From positions 2,108,001 through 2,153,050 of the forward strand of contig AP026126.1 in NCBI GenBank assembly GCA_030295235.1: 45,050 nt of DNA, given 5' to 3'. The stretch's first letter is position 1. Each line of letters opens with the position of its first letter. A program made the translations under genes and the position numbers. Source of the stretch: Fistulifera solaris. Lineage: Eukaryota. The notes beneath the pieces were generated by a model. It ran no database searches. It was not told the DNA's origin and was given only the letters and a program-made list of their open reading frames with translations. This document shows, one piece after another, positions 9,434-21,521 of this stretch.

Positions 9434-11530
9434 CTATTCGGTTTTGTATTGAAAATGCTCCGATGTTTGACCAACGCCTGGATTTAATACATTCAAAGGG
9501 TCCAAATACTGCCATTTGCGTTGCGTCTCCGGAGGCGCCTTGTACTCCGTACCATGGCCGTGTTCGGCGGGCAATTTCCCTCCACAGTCATGTTCTACGA
9601 TATGTTTAAACGCATATTTTGCAGAATCCAAGTCAACATCTCGTGCATAGGCCAAATCTTCGTGAACAACATTACAAGCAAAGTGAGAGTATCGCATGCG
9701 ACGGAGCGGCTTTGGTTGGTCGATGGGCGGGGCGTGACCACCGGACACTGGCAATGCGTAATCGACAGAATAACCTTGAACGCCTTCTCCGACACACCAA
9801 GTTCGAAAGGCGGGTGCGGCGACAAAACGAAATGCTGTCAAGGCTGGCACTTGGGATAGTGAACATTCATAAGTCTCAACTTTCGAAGGGTGCTGTGCGA
9901 GAAAATCTTGCAGTCGTTGTTCGAAGCGAGTCAGGCAGCTTTGATTTGTGTCAGTGTCCAGAGCGTTGGAATTGTCCTCGTGATCTGTATCGTCAAAGTC
10001 TCCGACCGTAACCACAATGTGGTGATCCCATTTGTGTCCAAGTTTTTGAATAGGCGACGGTAAAAGCGGAGGGACCGCATTATTGATGAAGTGCAGCCAT
10101 TGATCGACGAGAAATGGAAAACCGGCGCCTTCGATTGCCACTTTTACATTCCACAAACGAGATACAATGGGACTACTCGTTCCCAGAAAAGCAATCATTT
10201 TCCCCAAAAAGCGTCCTGAACGGTCAATAATATCAAATGAATCTCTGTCGAGGTACTCGCACGAAATAGGAACATCGTTCGGATTATTCAGACACACTTG
10301 CTTTCTAAACTGCAGTGCTGTTTCTAGTTGATCAAACGACAGCCAAAGTGTCTTGGTTTGCTTCGGTTTAGGAAATGTATCATGAACTGTGGCCAACAAG
10401 ATGACTTTGCCCTCCGAACGAACGAATTCTGGTCCGGACGTATCGGCATTGTATCGACTGATACGACTTGTCTGCTTTTTCTTCTTATCGTTCTCGTCGT
10501 ATGCACATAGTCGCTCTTTGTAGTGAATATCTCGGGCCGGTCTGGCGTTGGGTGTACTGTATCTAAAATTCTGTGCGTACCCTTCTTGTATCCATCGACT
10601 CCACGTATCGACCCGATACGGGACACTATCCATGACCAGTCGACTGCGAGGGTTCGGATCATCTTCTAATCCTTCGATATCTAACGTATTAACAATTTCC
10701 ACGACATTCTCCTTCCATTTGTTTTGCGTGACTTTGAGATACAGAGCGCGTTCCGTGTAGGCCGGTCCTTTCCTACACTGTGTGCCTCCACTGCCCAAGG
10801 CAACTCCCGCCGCCGCGGTCGGATTCAAAAACGTGCTTCCCAATGTACTGTGAGTTTCTCTGTCGGGGAAATATTGTTGTAAAAACTGTTGCAATTGCGC
10901 CAGACCAGCTCCAGCGAGGCAGCAAACTCGTTTTCCGTCGTCCAAGGGGAAGATGCCGTTGAGTTTCTTGAGACTCAAGACGACAATGGGACGACCATCC
11001 GTCGAGTATCGAGGAACGGATCCTCCAGTCAAACCCGTATTTGATCCTTGGGGTACAATCACAGCACCAGCATCGACTACGGCTTTTACAATACTAACCA
11101 CATGATGTAGATGTTCGGGTGTTACAATACACAAGCAGGGCGCACCACCCAAACGAGCACCTTTCAGATAAGCCTGTGTCTTAGAATTGAGAAGAGAACC
11201 GTCGATTACTAGATGATCTTTGCCGACGATCTTTCGTAATTGCTGTACGAGCTGTGTTTCCTGTTCGGAAGAAAGCGTCGATTTTCGTTCATTCTCTTGA
11301 CAGCATGTACGCGGCAATCCGTTCGGTAAAACGCTTTCGTGTTGATGATATTCTTCTTGTGTTGAATATGATTGATATGTTCCCAGTAGATATCCCGCAG
11401 TCAATGAAGTAATAGTTAAAACTGCAGCAGTGCGATGCGAAATTCCGTTTGCGATGATTGTTTTGTTTGTTGAGTTTGTTGAATGGAAACGCGCACTGTG
11501 ACGCCAAGAATAGTGCTTTATGCGATGCAT
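9434..11530 (-). CDS. dld: FAD-dependent D-lactate dehydrogenase of the bacterial membrane-bound Dld type, with mitochondrial-like presequence
   Basis: Motifs GSNTGLTGGSVP, GSGGTQCRKGPAYTE, RFVAAPA, YSHFACNVVHED, PAEHGHG and LDPLNVLNPGVGQTS are co-linear with the quinone-dependent Dld of E. coli as recalled. The N-terminus is R/S/H-rich and followed by a hydrophobic segment. Confidence 0.88.
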   Translation of the reverse strand: MHRIKHYSWRHSARFHSTNSTNKTIIANGISHRTAAVLTITSLTAGYLLGTYQSYSTQEEYHQHESVLPNGLPRTCCQENERKSTLSSEQETQLVQQLRKIVGKDHLVIDGSLLNSKTQAYLKGARLGGAPCLCIVTPEHLHHVVSIVKAVVDAGAVIVPQGSNTGLTGGSVPRYSTDGRPIVVLSLKKLNGIFPLDDGKRVCCLAGAGLAQLQQFLQQYFPDRETHSTLGSTFLNPTAAAGVALGSGGTQCRKGPAYTERALYLKVTQNKWKENVVEIVNTLDIEGLEDDPNPRSRLVMDSVPYRVDTWSRWIQEGYAQNFRYSTPNARPARDIHYKERLCAYDENDKKKKQTSRISRYNADTSGPEFVRSEGKVILLATVHDTFPKPKQTKTLWLSFDQLETALQFRKQVCLNNPNDVPISCEYLDRDSFDIIDRSGRFLGKMIAFLGTSSPIVSRLWNVKVAIEGAGFPFLVDQWLHFINNAVPPLLPSPIQKLGHKWDHHIVVTVGDFDDTDHEDNSNALDTDTNQSCLTRFEQRLQDFLAQHPSKVETYECSLSQVPALTAFRFVAAPAFRTWCVGEGVQGYSVDYALPVSGGHAPPIDQPKPLRRMRYSHFACNVVHEDLAYARDVDLDSAKYAFKHIVEHDCGGKLPAEHGHGTEYKAPPETQRKWQYLDPLNVLNPGVGQTSEHFQYKTE

Positions 11531-12370
11531 TCTTGCGGAGAGAGTGACAAGGGAGTAATAAAATGGACGAGCTTTGGATTAAAGAATGTATTTGCGGCGC
11601 TATACCAGGCAAATGGTACTTGTCTCAATCAGTTCATTCGAACGCAAAATTTCGCGTGCGACGCAAGGTGCGACAAGGCACTTCACTACGACTGCAGTTG
11701 GCCATGAGTCACGAACAGTTTTCTTTACTAGTAGAAGACGTTCAAGTGCTGAAAATGAAAGCAACAGGATCCAAAATCCGCGCGGTATCACAGATGAAGA
11801 TTATGCTAAAGCTGCGGCTTCATTAGCAATGCATTATTTACTTATTGCAATTGAAAAGTGGCCCGATTCGAGTAACATAGTTTACAGTAGCCCCAGAGTG
11901 TAGACGACCTTTTGTCATGACTGCATTTCAATCCAAGTCACGTTATGCTCCGGTGTCTGTCCGGGACTCATTCTCTGTTAGACATGTTTCTTCGCGGCAA
12001 CCCTGCAAGCTGCAACGGTGACGCACGAATACTAACACCCCCTTCATTTATCATCAATATGCAGCAATTCGCCATGGAAGAATCATATTTCTAATCCATT
12101 AAATTCACCAGACGTTTATTCTAGTCTTCAAGAATACGGCGGTGATCAGAATAGCGTGATGCTACTTTACAGGACAGAAAGGTTTGTTTGTTATCCCAGG
12201 ATAAACTCGAACCCTCCCGAAAAGCCGATCGCCTTACTGTCTCGGATGCCAAAGTCATGTCGTGATGTATAGAGATGTAATTATGTACTTCTATGAGTAT
12301 TCGTGCTTGATGAAGACGCAGCATAGCAGCATGAATTCCAACTACTTCTTCGTCGTCCTCTGCCAAGCCC

Positions 12371-13124
12371 TTAAGACAAGCACAGCTCTTCTTCTATCGG
12401 TAAATCAACATAGTTAGGACCGACGGACCAAAGTTCAGGACGAAGTCCCGACAATCCTCCGCTTGGCTCACAAGTCGTTAACGGAGAACTAAATGACAAA
12501 GCTTCTGAAACAGGTTGCGGAAGGACACGCTGTACAAGAGACTGTAGCCCACGCAATTCGGAACGCGTATTCTCCAATTGCCGCTGTAAGTGCTCTACTT
12601 CTTGGCGCAAATCTTCTACACCAGCTGCTGTTCGTGGTGGAGCTCCGCCTTTTCGAATGCAACGAAGGAGATCGGGACGTTCACGTTGAAAATATGGATG
12701 ATGAAAAGCCACGCCGTGTTCGGTCAGATCGTCCCATTTCACCTTTCGAAACCCGTACAAATTTAACTGACGAACGAATGAGCTCATTTTCTGGTGATTA
12801 AAATAGCGTGGGACGAATTCGTTCTGGAAAGTCATGATATCTTCAATCACAAAAGACAAGCCATCGTCGGACCTGAGAGGAGTAGAACACAGAATTAGCG
12901 GAAGCGCGCGACATAACAGCGACTGTTTTCAAGAAAGACGTACCATGTTGCTACATTCGGGTCGCAAGTGTTTACAAGCTCGTAAGTTTTCTGTTACGAT
13001 AAGGAAGGAAAAACAATGTGAGACTCGCATTACTCCGACAACCTAGAAATAATCACCGTACAACACCAACTTACTCGAAGAAACATGGCTGGCGTCGACT
13101 CAAAGGGGTGGTTTCCATTGTCAT
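12371..13124 (-). CDS. Second heat shock transcription factor with coiled coil; 3 exons
   Basis: Splicing gives PAMFLR|KTYELVNTCDPNVATW|SDDGLSFVI..PRYFNHQKMSSFVRQLNLYGFRK..FHHPYFQR, with introns 12991-13074 and 12873-12943 (both GT-AG). ATG 13124 needs one extra C near 13103-13106; otherwise the start is the MFLR ATG. The C-terminus may extend past 12371 via another frameshift. Confidence 0.88.
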
Positions 13125-13360
13125 CGTACTTCAGTTTTTAACTTGTTCTTTGAAAATGGACGAGGGGATGGAGAGAATCGTGCAAGTTGAAATTGCACAA
13201 AAACTTCCGTGACGTTGATTGGCTTCGCTCGTCGAGAAGTGTGACTTGTGAACAGAATTGGCAATTGGCTTTCAGTAGCCCAATCATCGATACGTGGAAG
13301 TGAACACCACAAACTGATCATGTGGGCGTTTGCTTCAAGTTCCTTTGTCGATGCACCGCA

Positions 13361-13699
13361 ATGTACGAGAAGTAAGCATCCGCGTCATAGGCAAAGTATC
13401 GGTTGAAATGTGAAACATTGATAATTCGTTCGGAATACTTGTACAGAATAGATCAGCGTCGCGCGCCAGGAAACTGGCCTTCTGATTTCTGGTTCAACTT
13501 CAATTCGAAGGGGGTCACGGCAAACACAAAAAGAAAATACGGAGTAGAGGATTGGCCAACGGCCGAAGACGATTTGCACTTTTTTCTCTACATCTTGCTC
13601 ATCGTTTATTCCTTTACAAGCTCCTTCGTTCTCTTGCCTTGCATCGAAACCTCTAGATGTACGCCCAAAAAATCCGCGAGCACGAGCGAACAATATTGA
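13361..13699 (+). CDS. Possible small membrane protein (uncertain)
   Basis: A GTAAGC donor near 13372 and TACAG acceptor near 13446 would join ATG-TAC-GAG to ORF 13403-13699, which has one hydrophobic stretch (FFLYILLIVYSF). No homology recognised. Confidence 0.25.
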
Positions 13700-13722
13700 C
13701 GTATTGCGCTATTGTGGGGTGT

Positions 13723-16700
13723 TTACTCGACAACCTCCAACATTTCTTCGTCGTCGCGCTTTAACTCATTAATCTCCACAGCATCTTCATCATCGTTCTC
13801 ATCGGCTACAAAAGCAAGAGGATCTTTCACAGGATATCTGTTCATGGTTCTCGCTGCTTTTCGGCACGCATAGCGCAAGTCGGCATGTATTCCAGCGCTA
13901 GGAATGGTGCGAACAGGCTCAAATGGTAAATTAGAAAACTGCCGCACAGCATCGAGGACTCGGGAAAGTGTGCGTGCTAGATCCCCCGGAGATTGTCCAG
14001 AAATACGCAAGGCCTCCTGCCACGAGCAACCAGAGGCCCAGGCAGTGACAACTTCACAATTTGAAATGTCTCTGTTACAATATTATCCGTAAGGACGGGG
14101 GGTTAGGGCACAGAAACTGCTGTAAAGACATTCAAACTAACCGACTTACAATGCACAATTGCGAGTATTGGTGTCGACATCATAATCTTTCTGCACCTGC
14201 ATGAAGCGCTCCATAACCGTTAACGAGCTCTCGATTACACGTTGTTGTTGTACAGAAAGCCGGTGAAACGTATCCAGCATTCCAGAGTTTTCTCTGTCGC
14301 TCCTTTCTGAAACCAGGCACGAGATATAACCGGCCAGCTCTGCGGAGGGCAAATTTAGAAGCAATCGCCGCAATTTCGCCGCCTCATCATTCGCTGATAA
14401 GAATTCTTGCGGAGGGATTTTTGTAAATGATGGATCGCTCATAATTGATTCTGGATATAATTCGTCTTGTTCAAACTCATACATTTCTTTGCGAAACTCG
14501 TTGAATTTGTCTGAAACACCCACTACGTCCCACGCTCCTCCCATTGCCACAAGGGCCCATAAAGAGTTATCCAAAGAAATGCGTCCGACGGTTTGGCCAC
14601 CGTGTGTGACCCGGTATTTTCCCTCGCTATCTTCCACTAAACATCCGTATGCTACTAAGGTTTGAATGATTGACAGAACGTCGTCCCATGCGTCAGGAAC
14701 CCGCTCTTCTTCGAAAGCCCAATCAGGCAAAGAGGAATCAGTCATTTTCGATTTCTTTTGTTGTGATTTCCTGCTTTTTCTTTGCGCTACTACTGCGGAT
14801 TTGGCGAAATCGCACAACTGATCAGGTTGCAGTACGCTGCCATCTTTACTGAGCGTGGCTTGTTGCAAGGAGTTCTGAAGTCGACGAGCCGATGAAGTCG
14901 ATTCCTGCAGTGCATCATTAACAATTGACGTCACTATTGTGAATGGATGTTCTTGAAGCTGCGATGAAACCTTTTGTATTCTTTCCTGTTGCGCTTCCAT
15001 TTGGTGCTGTAAGTCGGCGTCAGTTTCACACAAAAAAGTCGCCAAGCATAGACTCTCGGTAAGACTCCTCCACATCTCTCAAGTCAAAGCATTCTTTTTG
15101 CAAATATTGAAGAGTGGTCTCTTCCAATTGCAGCATTTGATGTAAACCCTGAAAAGACTTGCTCGTTTTCTTAAGACTCTCTTTGTCGTTAAATAGTTTT
15201 AAAATCTTGCCGATTGCTTTCGAGGAAAGGCTACGTTCTGCAAGTAGTTGCATCATATCATTCCAAAATCGTTCTTGTGCCTCCAGACTATTGTCGCTTG
15301 TGTCAGTTTTTTTACTTTCATCCGCAGCGCTTGCTTCCGCCAGCTCTCGACGTTGCCACAAAGCAAATGATTTACGTATCAGCTCTTCAGCAACATTTAA
15401 CTGACCTTGCCCTCTCTCGATTAACTGAATTGCGAGTGTGTACGAGGGACTGAACTGCGATTGAATTGGCAAGATGGGATCGGTCAGTATAGTAGCAGCC
15501 TGCTGATGTGATTCAAAAGGCGTGGCAACAAGCACGCATGTTCCTGCATTATCCATGCCGCGGCGTCCAGCACGCCCCGCCATCTGTAAAACGTTGGCGG
15601 TCTCCAGCAGCTGAATAGAGCCTCCGGTCCCTGTGCGCTTGGCCATACTTAGTAACACAGTCGTCCGAGCAGGCATGTTGATACCAGCCGCCAAAGTTTC
15701 CGTAGCAAAGACAACTGGGAGAAGTTGGTCTTGAAACAGCCGTTCCACGAGCGATTTCTGAGCAGGTAAGAGGCCGGCATGATGCGAGCCTATGCCAAAT
15801 AAAAACTGCTCACAAATTTCTGTTTCCAAGGCGATTTCGGGATTTTCCGTATTAAATGTCTTTAGGCGCATGGCAACCTTTTCTACTTGAAATTGATCGA
15901 GCAATCCGGCTGTAGCATAATAGTGCCAATTGTCTTTTGATAACGGTGATTCATGATCATACGGTATGGAGTCATCAATACTAGCTTCGAAAATATCAGA
16001 AAGAACTGATTCCGACAAATATTCACTTTTAGTCCGGAAGTTTCGCCCGAGTTTGTCCTGGAGAACATTCTGGTTTTTTAATTTGTTCTTGGAGCTTCGC
16101 GATCGCGTCGGAAAAGACCGACGATTGTTGCAGAAGGCTTCGTGTTCATTTTCATCGTCTGAGAAATTGACATCAAGCAACCGATCACGTGGTCCTTTGA
16201 AATATTGATACAGACTGGTAGCCGCTTGATCGCATCCATTTCTACTGAACAGGAAGAAGATAGCAGGTAACAAGTCCTTTTGCTGCAATCGCTGTACCAG
16301 TGCTGAGATACTGGGCACAGCTCGTCGCATTCTTGTTTCAATAACCGTTCTTTTTCGCGGCGTTCTTCGCGCGGCGAGAGTGACTTTCGATTGATTCCTC
16401 CATTGCTGTATTTACTGCTGTTATCATTATAGCTTCGTTTTGACTCGTTGTTTCGTTTTTGATTTGTTTGTACCCGCCATGCGGCTTTTTGTCGTTCCAA
16501 TGTCCGTTGCACACGTTGCGCGCGTCGCTGTGCTGCCGCTTCGAGAGCAGGATTGACTTGTAATCCCTTCGGCAATTTTTCAACGGCAGTTGAAACCTCC
16601 GGCGTGGGCACGCCAAAACCACGGGATGTCTGAAAGGATGTGACGTCGCCATTTTTGTCCCCGCCATGGTTAGCACTGCTAACACCATCCCCTCGATAGC

Positions 16701-17609
16701 CCAACAATCCGAATCGCGCGCCTGGCCCAGCTTGAGCATTTCGAAATAAAGGATAAAGGCCATCTTGCGTGGCAAATAAATACTGCAGGGGCACCGGCCG
16801 TTCCTTGGTTTCAATAAGAACCGTTTGTCGTGACGTAACACTCTCCATCCAGGCTCGTAAACTCGCGGCATTGGCCAAAGTCGCGGATAAACAAATGAGC
16901 TGCGTCGTATCTGGACAAGAAATGACACATTCTTCCCAGACACCTCCACGCCCGGGATTTCCGATGTAATGAAATTCGTCTAAAACGACGACTTGTGTCG
17001 AATCCGGATGTTCTTCTTCGCCCCGCCACACGCGATTGCGATAGACTTCCGTCGTCATGACACAAATATCCGCATCGGTTGACAAACTGACATCTCCTGT
17101 ACTTAATCCGCATCGATTTGGATAGACTTGTCGCAATTCTAAGTACTTTTGATTCGACAATGCTTTGAGCGGCGTTGTATAAATTCCACGTTGATTCCAG
17201 AGCAAAGCCATTTCTCCCACAACGGTTTTCCCGGCTCCCGTCGGTGCGCAAACAATGACGTGTCGTCCCTGTAGAATAGCTCCTCCCGCTAGACATTGCC
17301 AGTCATCGAGTGGGAAGCTAAAGTGTTGCTGAAAAAAAGCCCGTCCATGTTTTGTGAATTCGATTGCTTCTTGTGTGTCAAGTGACGATGATGAAATCGA
17401 GTTCGTTTTTGTCGATCTTAAAGCCGACGAAGCAGGAAATATTGAATTAGTTGAAAGACTAAGCCGTCGTTGATTCTGTAAAAAGAAGATTCGACAGCCG
17501 CAGTTCTTTGATGAATCAATGACGGAGATATTAGCCGAAAGGCCCAAATAGAAAGATTGCTTGCCTTTAGCAAGAAGCATGAAACGGAAACCACCAACGA
17601 CCGCTTCAT
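13723..17609 (-). CDS. Plastid-targeted Ski2-like DExH RNA helicase (ISE2/HelY-like) with C-terminal DSHCT-like region; about 3 frameshifts, 1 intron
   Basis: Motifs APTGAGKT, YTTPLKALSNQK, DEFH, LSAT, FATETLAAGINMPAR, QMAGRAGRRG and PGDLARTLSRVLD. Signal peptide from ATG 17609 ends SIWAF. Frameshifts near 17480, 16331 and 15035; intron 14072-14149. Confidence 0.88.
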
Positions 17610-18148
17610 TTTTATTAACCTATGAGATATGCGCGACGATTAACTGAAAAACGAAAGGCAGAAATGAAGAAAGGCGCTGTAAAGGCAATGACAAATGCTT
17701 GTTTTAAATGCGTCGTTCATGGTCGTTCATGGTCGTTCATTTTTATACGTCTTCTTTTTCTTACCACCTTACCTGGTATCTGCCTTTGCGTCATCAGTCG
17801 ATAATGTTCGACGTTCGACGAAAGGGCAGAAGGACAGACGAAGAAATCAATCAGTCAGAAATCAATGTCTTATAGGCATAAAGAATACTGATTTTAAAAC
17901 CGCTTCAATAGAAGTATATCTTACAAAGTATGAACCCATTTGCAGCTGAAAACAGTTCCTCTTGCAAAACTCCATCGCGATTCGCGATCGGTCGATCGAT
18001 CGATCGTCGCAAAAGCATCGTCCATCGTCGCAAAAGCATTAGTCTATAAAGTGCAAAGCAATCGAAGTATCATCAGCATTTTGCAACATAAAATAATCAA
18101 ATGATAGTCTAATATAGACGATACGATAGTATAGAAAATTTGGAGAGA

Positions 18149-20063
18149 ATGGCTCCAGAAGAACGGCAAGATAAAGACGAAAATGATCCTACAAAACATG
18201 CTGCTCATTCACAGGAAACCTCTCACTTGCACGCGTGGCCCGAAAACTCTTATTATCAATCGTTTTCTTATTCATACATGAATCACATTCTCAATAAAGG
18301 GCAGAAACAATTCAAAAATAATAAACACTTGGAATTGGAGGATTTATATGCGGTTCCTCCGGACATGGAAGCGGAGAATGTGAGCAATCAATTTTGGTGC
18401 GTTCTATTCTTACGACAAAATCATTTTGAATCTATCACACAATTCTCAATTCAGCTTTCTCAGGAAAGACTATAGAGAACATCATTCATTGTTACGAGCT
18501 TTGTGGAAGATTGCTCGAAAGTATTACTTTGCAGCAGCAATATGGGAAATGTTGTATATAATCGCTCGAGTGGCGCTTCCCATGGCTTTCCGGATTGATG
18601 ATGTCGTCCAGTTGGCTTTTGTCATCTATAGTCGTCATGGTGCGTATTGAAGATTCTTGTGCGCTAATGTTTTTTGTCGACTGTCTCTCAATCACTTTTG
18701 CAGGCTGTGGTATTGCCTTGGATTTTGATCCCACTTGCTCCTGTGACTTTAATTTATATTTACACACAGTCGTACTACCGTATGAGCGGTCCGGATCTGC
18801 AGCGCTTAGATGCAATTACGCGTAGTCCCATTCAAGCTAGTCTTGCTGAAGGTACGACGGAATACGTGCGAAAGATCACCGTCACACAGTTTATCTCATT
18901 CTCGTAAATCATCATCCGCAGGTCTTGAGGGAGCTCATATCATTCGTGCATATAGAAAAGAGCTAAAATTCGCTGCATCTTTTCGTCACTTGATTAATCG
19001 CAATAGCGCCGCCATGATGAATTTTCTGGCGGGACAACGTTGGTTGGGCTTCCGCATTGAAATCATGGGTGCTTCGCTTACCACAGCGTCCTCCCTTATT
19101 ATCATTCTGGCGAATGAAATGCTGAATATCAACGCCGGTATGGTGGGTTTGTTGCTGCAGTGGTCTATAGTATTCACGTCGGCGTTAAATTTCTTTTTTC
19201 TACGGTTGACTGATTCAGAAGCGAGACTTACAAGTATTGAACGAATCTACAACACTAGTCAACTGGACAGCGAAGCCGCGTGGGAAACGGACGCGTCTGT
19301 CGCTGTTCTAGACACGTTGTGGCCGCAGAATGGCGAACTTGAATTCGATCATGTTTGCATGCGTTATCGTAGCGATCTTCCTTTGGCATTGAGTTCGGTT
19401 TCTTTCAAATTAATAGCGAAAAGTCGCTGCGGAATAATAGGGCGTACAGGATCTGGCAAGAGCTCGTTAATAGCGTCAATTCTCCGTATCACAGAGATTG
19501 AATCCGGGCGGATTTTGCTAGACGGCGTTGATTTATCCGAAATTGGCTTGACGGATGTTCGAGGTCGAGAGCACGGTCTGAGAGTTATCCCACAGGACCC
19601 AGTACTTTATGCAGGTTCACTTCGAGACTGCATTGATCCTTTTCACTTATGTACAGATGATGAGATAATTCTCGAAGCACTGAAGGCTGTAAAGCACCAG
19701 GGCGCTTTGAAACGCGGGCTAGCTACTTTGAATGACAGCATTGAAGAAGGTGGTTCCAATTTGAGTGCTGGTGAACGGCAATTGCTTTGTTTAGCGAGAG
19801 CTATCATTGATTCATCGACTGACTCTTTCATTCAAGAGATGCTACGCACACGCTTCAATGATACCACTTTATTGACCATTGCGCATCGTCTTCACACAAT
19901 AATGGATTATGACACAGTGCTCGTGATGGATAATGGCCGCGTGGCTCAATTTGGTCCCCCAAAAGAGTTGCTCATGGACAAGAACGGAATTTTTGCATCT
20001 CTTGTGGAATCTTCAGGACCCGAAGCAGCACAAGAGCTACGAGCTATTGCCGATCAACACTGA
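18149..20063 (+). pseudogene. Internally deleted ABCC/MRP-type ABC transporter
   Basis: The N-terminal lasso region (FSYSYMNHILNKG..LELEDLY) and the start of TMD1 jump near 18590-18675 to mid-TMD2 (LQRLDAITRSP) and NBD2 (GRTGSGKS, IPQDP, LSAGERQ, IAHRL). NBD1 is absent, and Walker B is absent between LARAII and DSSTD. Introns 18397-18463 and 18852-18921. Confidence 0.8.
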
Positions 20064-20263
20064 TAAACTCTTATACTATCAATAATGATTCATAAATACA
20101 TTGAGCGAATCATAAGAATGATTGAACTACTACATTTTTGTATTATAGGTCCTCAATCTTATCCGGGACTGAAATGCTGATTCATAGAAAGGTCGTTGTA
20201 ACATTCAAAGGAAATGCTTCATCGGTCCCTGGTACCGACAACTATTCAGTTATATTGAATACA

Positions 20264-21308
20264 ATGGAAACATATTGGAAGCCGTCCATTGGATCGACGG
20301 TTAGAGCCAAACTACCTAATAACAGCAAAAGGAAACACCGTGCAATTATCGCGGACGCTGAGAACGGTCGATTTTTGTTGTTGTGGGAGGAAATTCATTG
20401 CCAGCAATCTTCATATTCTCTTAATCTACCCGATTTCTGGTGCTCTTATCAAAACATTGAGCCATTGCTTTCCTTTGAAGAGCCCGAAAGGCCGATCGAG
20501 GGGGATTTCGCCCAACACAAAACGTACGGAGATCAGCTGCTCACTTTAGGAGATGCGGCGTCCGCGATTCGGCATTATGAAAGAGCCTTGCAATCAGTAC
20601 GACTAGAAATTGGATGCAGTATTTTACTAGAGGAAGTTACAAAAAGAAATCATCGTCCGTTTTCCGTCGAGCTGAAGTGGATTGCATTGAAGATGATGGT
20701 AGTTTAGATGTAACTATCATTCCGTGTGGCACTGAGAAAACAGTTAACGACAGTCAAATTGCCTTGGTAATTCTCGAACCCGATCCAGAAGCACTACAAG
20801 TACGCTCTCTTTTGAATTGCGCTCGTTGCTGTCTCCAGATAGCGGAACTTTCGTCGGACATCAAATCACAATTTACGCAACGAGCTCTTCATGTCTGCTC
20901 GCTATGTATCATGCTATTAGAAGATGAAAACGACGCCAAAGCAATGTCCGATAGTACCTATTTGCAGACAGCTTTTCTGCTCCGAAGCCAAGCTTTTGCC
21001 GATAAGCATCAGTATGATGCCGCTTTGTCAGATATATCCGCATTATTGAAGTTGGATCCTGGCAATGAGGTTGGACGACGAAGAGTCAATCTATACAAAC
21101 GAAAAAGGAAGAAATGAAGACAAGTGAAAAGAGACTTGTCAAAGCCATGTGTGGATACATACAGCAAGCCACAACTGGGGTGAGTGCACTAGAAGAGCAG
21201 GTTACCAGTGAAAAGACTCCGCAGGCTGGGATTGCCAACAAGGTCGAACATGCCCAACAAGGCTCTTTCTGGATTGTGTGTCTCATGGTTGTCTTTTTGC
21301 TTGGATAA
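20264..21308 (+). CDS. TPR-containing hypothetical protein with C-terminal membrane anchor (2 frameshifts)
   Basis: TPR-like helices KTYGDQLLTLGDAASAIRHYERAL and AFLLRSQAFADKHQYDAALSDISALLKLDPGN; terminal WIVCLMVVFLLG. Three consecutive ORFs join at A-runs near 20645 and 21105. Confidence 0.7.
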
Positions 21309-21521
21309 TACAGAAAAATCTTTGAGGTAACATTGGCTAGAGCGCATGAAAAATCGCGAAACTTAATGTTTACCCCCATTCGATTGTGGTCACAAAAAGC
21401 GCCATGAATTCAAAATAGTCTGAAAGTATTCTTTAGTCCTTTCACAATCTTTGGTTTAAGATGATTGTGACGAAATAATAATTTGATTTCAACGAGTGAT
21501 TAAAGTTACTATTTTGTGTTA

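Noticed and set aside
11563..12366. Short ORFs between dld and the second HSF
   Set aside because: No recognisable family; 12121-12366 may only be a frameshifted HSF tail.
17975..18040. (CGAT)n and duplicated ATCGTCGCAAAAGCAT
   Set aside because: Real but short local slippage in a divergent promoter; no further structure.
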